Origin: Octopus sinensis
Lineage: Eukaryota
DNA length: 64,000 nt
Direction of reading: 5' to 3'
NCBI RefSeq assembly: GCF_006345805.1
Contig: NC_042997.1
Span: forward strand, 48,236,001-48,300,000
Shown: piece after piece, positions 39,440-51,751 of the stretch
Position numbering within the stretch: position 1 is the stretch's first letter
Layout: every line of letters begins with the position of its first letter
Made by a program: the position numbers and the translations under genes
The notes under the pieces: model-generated
The model's input: only the letters and a program-made list of their open reading frames with translations
Database searches by the model: none
What the model was told of the DNA's origin: nothing

Positions 39440-40680
39440 TAATATCCCAATAAAAGAGGGAGGCCGTGGACTTTTACAACTGGGATTATCAATGAAAATT
39501 GCAATAATTGGCCTAGACATCTACCTGAAAATCTCTGAGGACTCGATGTTAAAACTTGTCTCAAAGTATGGAAACAAGAAAGCATCATACTCAGTAACAA
39601 AACAGGCAGAGGAATGTATAAGTGAATTCCAAATACAAATTCCAGAATTTGACGTACTGGAAACAAGCATAGAAAAAGCTAAGCGTAGGAAAATCCGTGC
39701 TAAAACTGCTGTCTTAGATATTTTTTACTAATAAATGGCAAGAAAACCTCTCGATGGCAAATACCCAAAGAGAGCTAATGATGCCGATGTTGACAAAGAC
39801 CTGACCTATCACTGGCCTCTGGCTTAAAATCTGAATCAGAAGGTTTTATCATAGCAGCCCAAGATCAATGTTTATCTACAAGAAACTGCAAGGCCAACAT
39901 ATTAAAGAACAGCAGTAGCCCAACATGTCGTGTATGTCAACAAAAGAAATGAGACCATTGACCATGTGGTCTCCATGTGCAGTCTTCTTGCGCCTACAGA
40001 GCATCCCAACAGGCATGATAGAGCTGCACAATATATTTACTGGGTAATTTCCAAAAATCTGGACTTGTCCCATGATAAAAACTGTTGGGAACACATACCA
40101 CCTCCAGTGCTTGAATATGATCACATCTCACTCCTCTGGAACTTCATCATTCAAACTGACAGAAAGATGGAGACAAATAGGCCAGACATTATATTGAAAG
40201 ACTTCAGACAAAAATCATGCCTCCTCATTGATATGACTGTCCCAATCGATATAAATGTATCTGTCAAGACCTACCAAAAGCTGAGCAAGTATAAAGATCT
40301 TGAAATAGAAATCAGCAAAATGTGGAAGCTGAAGACTAAACCAATAGCTATAGTCATAGGTGCCCTGGGAATGATAGCAAAAGGGGCTGATTGATACCTA
40401 GCTCAGGAAACCCCAAAATGGCAGAAATTCAAAAGATAGTGCTCATGGGAACTGCCCATATCCTACTTAAAATACTATGTAATCTCAAATTTTAAAAGAA
40501 ATTCAAAATTTTCTAATGTTTCCTTAAACATTCTCTAGAATAATGCGATGTACAAAACCAAATATCTGGCACTCTACGCATAACACCAGCATGAAATTCT
40601 AGCGTGCTGTCTCTTGAGGTCTCCGGGTGAGACTTGGAGCCAACTTGAACAAATGCAAAGCAAAACTCAAACATAAAATA
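39440..40680 (+). mobile_element. R4/Dong-like RLE non-LTR 3' fragment (family of 54-57 kb)
   Basis: EGGRGL, RHD, NRPDIILKD, IDMTVP and KLSKYKDL motifs. Ends in (AAT)n. Confidence 0.9.
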
Positions 40681-40732
40681 ATAATAGTAATTATAATAAT
40701 AATAATGATAATAATAATAATAATAATAATAA

Positions 40733-40797
<65 letters not shown>

Positions 40798-40799
40798 GC

Positions 40800-41400
40800 T
40801 AGTTGACCATGTCCCATAGTGGCTGACGATATGTGCATGTCTGATCACAAGCAGAAGTAGTGGGGGAGCATCACAGCCGTGTGTTGAAAGGAATTCTTGG
40901 AGGTTTGGATAATTCACCTTTGGAAACATGGGTGGTTCGTTCAACATCCTCAAACAATACTTATTCAGGGACCTTTTCAGCGGGATGGGCTACTCGACCA
41001 GAACAAGATTCGGATCTTTTCCTTTTGAACGGCACTTTGTAACATAATTTCTATGTAACTAAAAAGTTTTAAACTTCGTATACTGGTAGAATGTGTTTAT
41101 AAAACATCTTTTTCTCTTGGTTTTATTGAGAAAATTCTATAGGTTGTAACATATTTCGTTTAAAACTTTTTAGTTACCTAGAAATTATGTTACAAGGTGC
41201 CGTTCAAAAGGAAAAGATCCGAAGTTTCTAACTGGGTCCCACCAACAAGGTCATGCGCTGTTTATCTTGATATGAGATCACTATGTCGCGCACATATGGT
41301 TGTGATGCATGTGCCTGATGTACCCTTATCAGACGGGTAGTCACGATGGGTATACTGGGCCTCGTATATTTTACCCCAGCATACACTGCTCTCTCACTCA
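40800..41400 (+). mobile_element. SINE-like repeat family C, interrupted by a MITE
   Basis: Segment 41270-41345 recurs in reverse at ~47020-47100. Ends in (AAT)n. Confidence 0.55.
41012..41220. mobile_element. MITE with about 62-bp TIRs (Merlin-like termini)
   Basis: ggatcttttccttttgaacggcac...aaac and its reverse complement at 41158-41220 (2 mismatches). 8-bp flanks caagattc / gaagtttc. Confidence 0.85.
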
Positions 41401-41439
41401 ATAATAATAGTAATGATAATAATAATAATAATAAGAGCA

Positions 41440-41592
41440 ACAACGAAAATACCTTAGGAATGAGAAACCAGGTTCGAAATTTTCCCCAAGACACCTGATG
41501 AAGGCTGGAGGGTATATTAGCCGAAACGTTGTGCTTAACAACAAACAAGATGAAGATAAATATCCATCAAATGTAAATAATATAAATAATGT
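41440..41592 (+). ncRNA. Hammerhead-ribozyme-bearing repeat module, copy 4 (canonical core)
   Basis: gacac, CTGATGA (41495-41501), a, ggctgg-agggtata-ttagcc, GAAACGTT (41523-41530), gtg. Confidence 0.7.
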
Positions 41593-41814
41593 CTATACAA
41601 TAAAATCACCGAATCGAAGTTATGAAATACAAAGCAGCTTTTATAAATCTTGAACAATCAGACTGTTTTGACTGAAACATTATCATAACGGAGCTTTAAT
41701 TTATTTTAGAAAATACCTACATCATATTTATTGCAACAGCCTACCGATAAATGTCAGGCACAACAACGCATACCAAAGTTCCACTAAATTACGCCAACGT
41801 AATATTCTCTTCAT

Positions 41815-42208
41815 ATCTTCTCTAGGCGCAAGGTCCAAACTTTTGGGGGAGGATGCAGTCGATTAGATCGAATCCAGTACGCAACTGGTACTTAATTTAT
41901 TGACCCCGAAAGGGTGAAAGGCAAAGTCGACATCAGCGGAATTTGAAGGAAGAACTTAAAGACAGACGAAATACTTATTTCTTTACTACCCACAAGGGGC
42001 TAAACACAGAGAGGACAAACAAGGACAGACAAACGGATTAAGTCGATTATATCGACCCCAGTGCGTAATTGGTACTTATTTAATCGACCCCGAAGGTATA
42101 AAAGACAAAATTGACCTCGGCGGAATTTGAACTCAGAACGTAACGGCAGACGAGATACTGCTAAGCATTTCGCCCAGGGTGCTAACATTTCTGCCAGCTC
42201 TCCACCTT
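41815..42208 (-). mobile_element. Two adjacent SINE family A copies
   Basis: The central domain appears twice (41870-41945 and 42040-42130). Confidence 0.85.
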
Positions 42209-42454
42209 ACGCCAGCATAATACTGGAATATGAATTAAAAGAAAAAGGAATATTATTACCATTTCTCGTAATTTGTAAATGCTTTTAGTATTTACCGGAA
42301 AGAAATATAGAAAATATTCCTGGACGATTTATTTATATTACTGGATAAATTCTTAATAACAGAATTTTAAAATACTAAAAATCCAGTTTACTATGGAGGC
42401 GTATAAAACTTTTCTTAGATATGCTGGAGATAAAATTGAAAATACTAACTGATA

Positions 42455-42848
42455 TCTTTATATATAAAAGTCAAGTTGTGTGTCTGTCTCCTACGATTTA
42501 GATTCCTAACTACTCCCACATTTTGCGGTGCAGTTTAACCAAATTCGGGTATCTTATAGTCGTGATTCATATCGAGCCCTTCTGGGTATTAGCGCGCGTC
42601 TACGATGAGTCTACGATTTAAAAAATAATTTAACATCGTTTTTTTTTCCATTTTAATGCATTTTTTCGCTATTATATAAGGGAAGTAACTCTCTAAAGAT
42701 GTTTACGATGAGTCAATGATTTTTAAAAATTACCATAATATTTTTCCATTTTTAATGCATTTTTTGCTAATTTTTGGCTATAACTCTCTAAAAATGCTTT
42801 ATAGTTATATCCCTTACAAACCCGAGCAACGCCGGGCGATACTGCTAG
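42455..42848 (+). mobile_element. Non-autonomous Helitron
   Basis: A|TC start (tctttatatataaaag), subterminal hairpin cccgagcaacgccggg (42821-42836) and CTAG|T end. Has an internal duplicated block. Confidence 0.8.
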
Positions 42849-43272
42849 TGTATTATAAAACTATTGACTTAAGACAATACCTCCATTTTACATCATCGCA
42901 TCCGAAATACGTTCAAGTTAAAATTGCATCTGATTTAGAAAATTTGGTTGAGAGCAGTGAATTCCTCAACATGAAATTAAGGAAAGGACGAATGGAAAGG
43001 GCTAGATATTAAAAGAAAACACTTGAAAGTTTATTTAATATTTGCATTGAAAGATGGGAACAAATTTACATTCAGGAAATACGAAAGAAATCTATATAAA
43101 ATGTGTTAACATATTTCCCAAATTTTAACCTACGGACGTTTACTTTCTCTGAAAGCAATCTTCAGTACTTACTTATATTACTTCAAAACAAATCGATGAG
43201 AAAAAATTTGGGAGGCATTCACTCGCTGAGAATAAAATCGAGCGATATCTTTAAAATATATATTACCAAACA

Positions 43273-43448
43273 TAGGCGCAGCAGTGGCTGTGTGGTAAGT
43301 AGCTTGCTTACCAACCACATGATTCCGGGTTCAGTCCCACTGCGTGGCACCTTGGGCAAGTGTCTTCTACTATAGCCTCGGGCCGATCAAAGCCCTGTGA
43401 CTGAATTTGGTAGGTGGAAAGTGAAAGAAGCCCGTTGTATACATACAT

Positions 43449-43499
<51 letters not shown>

Positions 43500-43762
43500 A
43501 AATAATGAGGGAGATAAATTTAATATTAATTTAATTAATATCAATTGAAAACCAGTAGCCTAGCATACAAAAATCTGAAAAATCAGAGCAAATTCTAATA
43601 CATGTGTATATTTAGAGTGCAGAACCACTAGGTGGTCGGCCGTATGCTAGAAGTAGATCACCTTTGTAGTTTGATCGTAGGTGATCTACTTTTAGCATAC
43701 GGCTGACCATCTAGTGGTTCTGCCCTTTAATATATATATATATGTATTAATATATATATGTA

Positions 43763-43812
<50 letters not shown>

Positions 43813-44045
43813 ATATATATATGTTTGTGTGTCTGCCTTTGTCCCTCCCAACATCACTTGACAACCGATGCTGGTGTGTTTACGTCCCCGTAACTTAGCT
43901 GTTCAGCAAAATATACCGATAGACTAAGTACTAGGCTTACAAAGAATAAGTCCTGGGGTCGATTTGCTCGACGAAAGGCGGTGCTCCAGCATGGCCGCAG
44001 TCAAACGACTAAAACAAATAAAATAATAAATGAATAAAAGAATAA
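43273..44045 (+). mobile_element. SINE family B, full length, with a fold-back insertion in its internal (TA)n
   Basis: tRNA-like head tggctgtgtggtaag..gggttcagtccc and accttgggcaagt. The body resumes at ~43822 after an insertion at ~43490-43730. Confidence 0.85.
43619..43723. repeat. Hairpin, 45-bp arms, 15-nt loop
   Basis: Arms 43619-43663 and 43679-43723, 3 mismatches. Confidence 0.9.
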
Positions 44046-44108
44046 ACATAGAACTCCACACGTAAGCTAAAGAAGTAAAAGTTAGAAAATGTGACAACGG
44101 CATTTATG

Positions 44109-44247
44109 TATTAGACTAGCTTAAGGTGACCCGTTCTATTAGACTAGCTTAAGGTGACCCGTTCTATTAGACTAGCTTAAGGTGACCCGTTCTATTAGAC
44201 TAGCTTAAGGTGACCCGTTCTATTAGACTAGCTTAAGGTGACCCGTT
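44109..44247. repeat. Perfect 28-bp tandem repeat, about 5 copies
   Basis: Unit tattagactagcttaaggtgacccgttc. Confidence 0.95.
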
Positions 44248-44444
44248 GAATCGATAAAAATCACTGTTCTCACCATAGCAACCGCATCTTTCCGGATGGC
44301 GAGTTTTAAGCTACTCATCTCTCTGTTTCATCACGCATTCTATGCTTGTGTCAATTTTCAATTCGATCCGACCACTGGTCGGGCCGCCAACCTCTGACGT
44401 AGCAAAATGAGACAAACAAATTTTTCGTATTTCAGCTTTATAGA
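44116..44444 (-). mobile_element. Probable non-autonomous Helitron whose 3' end is the 28-bp repeat
   Basis: Minus-strand start A|TCtataaagctgaaatacg..tttgtttgtct; end aacgggtcaccttaagCTAG|T. Confidence 0.5.
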
Positions 44445-45271
44445 TATTGAAAGGGTCCGAATTCCATTCAAAGAAGGAACTAATTTCACAATTGAAATCA
44501 TATTTTTGTCTTGCCCCGCAAATTTCATTCGTGTTTTGAATTGGACAAGCTGAGGAGAACACTTCATTAAGTCAAACTGGCCGAGTAGCACTATCTGAGG
44601 AACAAGTTAGGTAGGTAAAGAACCCCCCTTGCAAATCTTACCCGTATCATCTCTTTACCAGTGTAACGATTCAGCTACAGAGACCCTGAACGTATGAAAT
44701 CAATGAAATGCAAAGAAATAAATGCATTGTGTTTTAATTGTCACAGCTTTGGTGCGTTCTCTAGATTACGAACATTGAAAAATATATTATTGCGTCACTA
44801 CTTACTTAACGTTGACTCGGTTACCATCGTTGGAATGAAGTGTGTCTCTTCTTTTATTTTGTTATACATTGGTTTTTGAAATCATGCAAAAATATTTAAT
44901 AATATTGTATTTTGAAATTAGTTAAAACATTTCACATACCTCAAGCTATTCAATTATAGTTGAAAGCGGTAGGAAAGATGGATGACTATTTTTGTTCGAT
45001 ATTAAAATTATGCAAAAATGTTCTATGGCATTATATTGTGAAAATTTTATAAATCTGAGGTAAAAAACAAATATTTTAGTGCATTTTAAAACTACTTTCC
45101 GCGTATATATACGTATATATATGTACGGATGCATACATATATATATATATATATACATACATGCATATATATGTATATAAATATAAATAGATATATATAT
45201 ATATATGTATGTATATAAATAAATATATATATATATATATCTATATATATATATATATATTATATATATAT

Positions 45272-45321
<50 letters not shown>

Positions 45322-45489
45322 CATACATATATATATATTATATATATATATATACATACATATATATATATATATGTATATGGCCACAGCTCATTAGCTG
45401 AAACTGGAAAAATCAAAATCAAAAATATAAATATATATATACATACATATATATATATATACATATACATATATATATATACGTTATAT

Positions 45490-45568
<79 letters not shown>

Positions 45569-47654
45569 ATGAATAAGTAGATATATACACACATATATAT
45601 GTTGTGTTATTGGGTCTGTGTGTGTTTGTATGTGTGTGTGAGCGCGTGTTATACGAGTACGTACACACAGAAGCACTCTTATAAATGCAAATAGTCGTGG
45701 TAGTGTATTTGCAAATATTGTTGAGTAGAAATTAACTTTACGAATAAAACTAAAAATAATTCGACCGCTGTATCATCCGACTACGCCGGAATTAATTCCA
45801 CAAGTCACATCCGGCTGAAATTTGTCGTCTGGCTTGATATTTAAAGTAGTACTTTATACACGCGTATATACGTCTGTGTAACCTCCCGCGGCTGTATATA
45901 TATATATATGTATATGTGTGTGTGTGTGTGTCTGTATGTATGTGTGTGTGTGTGTGTCTGTCTGTCTGTATGTATGTGTGTGTGTGTATGTGTGTGTATG
46001 CGTACCTAGTCACACACAAGCCTGCACACTAATACACGAAGTCTCTCACACACAGGAAACGATAGCAATAAATATCTTGCAAATATAACTTTATTTTTTC
46101 TTGAAAATGATAGAACTTGCTAAATATGATGTGGATATCTATTAGAGAAAGAATGTAATAAAATAATACGAATAGCTAAGTATAATGAAGCTGTCCGCTT
46201 AGGAAGGTATTGCACACCTCAATGTCTTGCTGCTGATGCTAGAAATAAGATATTCTCGTAAAACTATTTGTAATTTATTTTATCCTTTAGTTGTTGCAGT
46301 CATTGGCCGGTGGCCAGGTAAGAGCTCAACCTCGGAAGATTTTGGTCGAACGAATCGACCCCAATACTTTTATTTTAAATCCTGGTAATTATTTTATTGA
46401 TCTATATTGCCAAACCGCTAGGTTACGGCAGCGTAAACAAACCAACAGCCGTTGTCAAGGCGGCAGATTTAAGATACGAGAAATTTTATTAATCACGACA
46501 ATCCTTTCGTCACACCCTTATCATTGATCCCTCACGGACGGGTTACTTAACAACTGGTTCAGGAGCATCCGATGGTGTCTCTTCGGGTGATAGATAGATG
46601 CAACTCATTAAAATAACAGTTCCGCAACGTATTTTGTCATTGCTTGTAAAGAAAAGCTGCAAAACAAAGGATATATCTTCATTTATATAGACGATCAAAA
46701 ATAAAATAACATGCAAAAAAAAGAAACGAACACGCTATACACCGAGATAAGTAATGAAAATAACTGTTAACGGATATGGATCTATAAACGCCCTCGCGCA
46801 AGCTGCATGGCGTATGTATGCTCGCTCCTACAAGCATCCACGAAGATGCAAGCATACGCGCACGTGTGGTTTGATGGACACACGTTCACATAGCTAGTTA
46901 AATAGCTACTTACTGTTTATAAAAACGAGAAGGCTAAAGCTAAACTTATTTCATCCATACCTTAAAGTAAATTATGTTAACAGTTAGTGGAGTAATATGT
47001 ATGAAGCGCAGTACACTCATCTTGACTACCCGTCTGATAAGGGTACACCAGCCACATACATCACAACCATATGTGCGTGACATGGTGATATCATATATAA
47101 GTGTATAAGCACACACACACACACAACACGTGAGAGATTCTCTCAGAGTTTCTACCTACCAAATCCTTTCACAACTCTTTGATCACCCCAGGGCTATAGT
47201 AGTATACAGATGCCCAAAGTGTGCAGTGGGACTAAACATGGAATCATATTGTTGGGAGGCAAACTTCTTACCAAACAGTCACGCTTGCGCTTGTATGTAT
47301 ACAATAATCACGAATGTTTGTCTGATCGTCGTAATTCTCCGTTGTCATTTTCGAGTACTCAATAAATTCGTCACAGAAGTCAGGTGCATCTTACAATAAT
47401 ATAAGTTTTAAAAAATGTCGACTGCGCTATTCTTTTGAGGTAAAACATGATATTAGAAATAAAGAAAATCGTAAAGGAAAGAGATAGTGGGCTATGAAGA
47501 AATATGTCAGTTTGTAACGTCAACATTTCTTTTGCTTGTGGCAAAAGATAAGGTATGTTCAATAATATTAAAAGTACTTCTCTTTTTGGCCAAGCTATCA
47601 TCAATTTCTCCAAGTACTATTTGAAGGGAAAGATTTTGCCAATGAGAGGTGAAA

Positions 47655-48095
47655 AGATTTCTTGGAAGATAAATCCTGTCCACATCTGATTTTGAATTGT
47701 GCATTCGGGTACCTTATAAGGATTTTACAGCTCTTTCCTCCCATATTCTGCACGTCAGTGAGACTTCACTTAATGATACCAAAGCTAGAGGTGGTTACTG
47801 GTATGGTCAAAGAAGTGATCGCATTAATTATGTTAGCAGCATTTAATTCTGAGTTTAGAACCATATTTACCCCTCGGTAGCATTCCTTGCGTATTTTTTT
47901 CATTTTAAAGTGCTGCATACCATCACCTTCATTGGTTCCCACATATTTGTATACTTCGCATTGGTCTAGGTTTCGAATAGCAGTGGTAGTATCAAGTTCT
48001 ATGTTTTCTACCTTTATGAACTTACCTACCTTGTAAGTGGGCTTTGCACATTTATCAAGTCCGAATTTCATACCTATATCAGAGCTAAATTCTTG
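47655..48095 (-). mobile_element. R4/Dong-like RT fragment
   Basis: ORF 47766..48071 MKFGLDKCAK..YKYVG..IRKECYR; KSDVDRIYLPR. Confidence 0.85.
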
Positions 48096-48163
48096 TGATG
48101 GTGGTGGTGGTGGTGGTGGTGGTAGTAGCGGTGGTGGTGGTGGTGGTGGTGGTAGTGGTGGTG

Positions 48164-48206
<43 letters not shown>

Positions 48207-48429
48207 AATGCTCTAAGTTCAAATCCCACTAACGTCTCATTGCTTTTCATCACTATGTGTTTGATAAAATAAAATACCTCTCGAGATTTGGGTCAATGAT
48301 ATCGAATACCTCCCCAAACTACTAGACTTGTTCTAAAATTTGAAACCAATAATAAGGTTCTAACTGTTGTTGGTGGTGGTGGTGGTGGTGGAGTTCGTGC
48401 AGAATTGATTCTCAGTTATAAACATGAGA

Positions 48430-51400
48430 TGCCATGGGGAATATGACACTTCATAGACAATCTGCGCAGCAGGTGGGTTTACAATGTTGACAAGTTAACT
48501 ACAAAACCTGTCGACGTTCTTCGTCTCATTGACTTCGATCAGCATGTCTTTGTAATTCTTCAGCTCTGTCTGTGATTATTAAAAAGGCATTTGTTACGAA
48601 GAAAGTCGTTATGTCGATAAGAGGGCTTATCTTACCCCTAGTCTTTGCTAACGATGTCGGGATGGTTAATTTGAAGTTTTGTATCACAGAATCGGCGTAT
48701 TTTTCACATATCATTGTAGTATTTTACTACTTTGCTTTGACGATGTAATACAGAGATATTTTCCACTGCACATATTTTACTACTTCTTTTACGACTGTAA
48801 ACTAATTAACTCTTCAATAGTTGCAAGCATCAGATGCAATGTGGTCGATTTTAGATTTATAAGTTCCGCGTATTCTATCATTGAGATTCTGTTCATCAAG
48901 AATGGAACAATCGCACAATGCTAGCATCTACTTGCGAAAATTCAGGTAGTTATTTCTGCATCCTTTTCATTATTCCCATGCTTCAGCATCCATTTTACAA
49001 ATTTCCTGTACTGAAACCTGGTTGTAATGATTTTGCTTTCAGGTTCAGTCATTTGACATCAAAATTAGTCGCTCCGTTTTACTTTAGTAGCGGTTTAAGG
49101 ACATAAATATTCGGAATTTCATTGCATCTTTCTTGATAGAAGAGCTTTACGTCCGAGCTTTTACAATTCACAGAGGTGGGTCATGAGCGTTTGCTAGGTA
49201 TGCGACCAGTCCAATAGCATAATCTTGGATGATATTTAATTTGAGCACCTTTTCCGAGGTGTTATCATTGTTATTATTATGATTATTATTATTATTGTTG
49301 TTGTTGTTGTTGTTGCTATTATTACATAACTGTTTAATATTTGTTAGATTGAGAGAAATTTCTGCTGCATCATCTGCTGCACCTCCGTGTTGCTGGAGTG
49401 TGTGCAGCATTGTTTGTTCTTTTCTACTGTTGGGACTGTGCGAACTTCCTGGTACTGTATTGTCTTAGCATTTTTTGTTCTTGAGGCGTGGTGCAGTCTT
49501 TTGTTATGTTACTGTTTGTATCGTGTGTTAAGTATGTAATGGAAAAGAAGAAATCCTAACATCGGGCTACAAGTAAGCTTATATGCCAAGAACCTTTCTA
49601 AATATCGTAGTTGTCCCTTATAACACTGTTTTCTGGAGCTGTACTAAACTGGGTTTTATGCCTATTTCTATCCCTCTGTTCAAATCTTTAGGGATAGTTC
49701 GCAATGTACCTATAACTACTGGGATACCCACACTTTCCATAGTCTCTGTAATTCAATGGCTAGGTCAATTAACTTTGCTATTTTTTCTATATTGATTTTT
49801 CTTCGTCATTTGGGACTGTAAAGTCAATTATCTAGCATTTTCTAATCTCTTTCTCCATTACTACTAAATCAGGCTTTCTAGCTTTTATTACTCTGTCAGT
49901 CTAAATGTGAAAGTCCCACAACATCTTGTATTTCCTACTTTCTAGTACCTTACTAGGTTCATGTTCATACAATTTATCAGTAGGTTCAAATCCTAGCTTG
50001 CTACATAACTCATAGTGGATTACTCTCCCTATGTTGTCATCATGTCTTTTCTTGTGTTCTTTCTGTACCAGCATACAAGATTCACTTACTATATTATTAT
50101 TATTTATTGTCTTCGCACATATATCACTGGAGATGTACTATGGTGCCAGCTTTTTCACTACCAGTGAACTAAGGTAACACCTCTTATTTATCGAGCACCT
50201 TCCGGAGTATTCGAGCGGTTGCAAGCAGTGCTATTTTCTTCAAGTTTTCCTTCCTTATTGCAGCCACTCTTTGTTCCAAGTACTTCTTAAGATATTTACT
50301 CACTGTTCCCAGGGCTCCCACAATTATTGATATTACTACCACCTTTTTCATCGATCACAACTGCTTAACCCCCCTCCCCCCAAGCAAACCTGTCATATTT
50401 ATCGACCTTTCTTTCTTCCTTATTACATAACTTGTTGTCAGCTGGGCATACTATATCTATGATCCAGTATAGTTTGCTTCCTTTTTCAATTACAACTATG
50501 CCTGGTTTCCTATTCTCTGTCTCATGGTCGCACTGAATCATAAAATCCCATCAGGATCTTTGAATTACCATTTTCGATGATGCCTTCGGGTTTATATTTG
50601 TACCACTTTTTGCTCTGTCAAGTCCATACTTGTTGCAAACTCTCCAATGGACAATCCTTGCTATATTGTCATGACGTCTTTTATATTCTTTCTGGGCTAA
50701 TGCCGTACATTGACTGGTTATATACGAAACGGTTTCACCATTTTTTCCACAGATTCTGCACTTATCACTTTCTGATGTGTTGTCTATTTTGTATTTTGTG
50801 TAATTTGTTCTTAGTGCTTGCTCTTGGGCAACATATATTAGACCAACCAATTTGGTAGGTATCTAAGAGATCAGTAGCGAACTTTTTGCTCTCTTTCAGA
50901 ATAGAGTGAAGTTTTTTCGGTCTTTCATATTTTTTCCACAAGTTTTAGCACCCAATCGTTGGTTGTTTCAAGGTATTATTATTTTATTTAAGACGCCGCA
51001 TAGTATCCAATATCATGATGTTGTTGATTGAAAATACTGTGTCTACCGGGGGTTTATACTGTCTGTCAAGTCACAACAAGGATCTCATTCAGACACTACT
51101 TTACGTAATATGCGTGCAATTCCAAGTATGCCGATTTTTGCAATACACCAAGACTGTAGGGTATTTCTAAATTTTCCAGATGTTTTTCAGCATGGGTAGT
51201 AATGAACCAAATGCTCTGATGACAACAAGGACAACTTTTATGTTTGGCGCTCGTAGCTGCCCGCATCTTGGCGATCTCAATTCTCAGGTCTCCATGTTAA
51301 TCAACTTTTTCTGTTTCTTTCATCATAATATGCTGATCTCCTGGCACTGTCACGTCGATTATTAGGCACTCTTGTTGGTCCCTCCTAAAGGCTACTATAT

Positions 51401-51615
51401 CCGGCATTTCTAAAGGTTACTTGTTTGTCCCACCTAATGGTTACTATAACCGACTTTCGGTGCCCTAACTCCTTGACTCTCGGAAGTCAAAGTCCCAGAG
51501 TATTTTTGTCTTCCTCTTTCCGTCCATTACCTTTTCCGGTCTATGTTGGTATCATGAACCTTTTACCTTATACCCATACTTCCGGCATAGTAGCCAATGG
51601 AAGTTGTGGGCTACC
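48430..51615 (-). mobile_element. Cluster of four decayed RLE non-LTR 3' fragments
   Basis: ~48430-49150 (NHPDIVSKD..LIDI); ~49560-50100 (RH(D)DNIGRVIH..WDF..ARKPDL); ~50110-50990 (ORF 50551..50850 CRICG..RRHDNIAR); ~51040-51615 (VAHNFHWLLCRKYG). Confidence 0.7.
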
Positions 51616-51668
51616 TTATTATTATTATTATTATTATTATTATTAGTAGTAGTAGTAGTAGTAGTAGT

Positions 51669-51751
<83 letters not shown>

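Noticed and set aside
44109-44247. CRISPR-like array (28-bp repeats)
   Set aside because: Units are directly adjacent with no spacers, there are no cas genes, and the context is eukaryotic.
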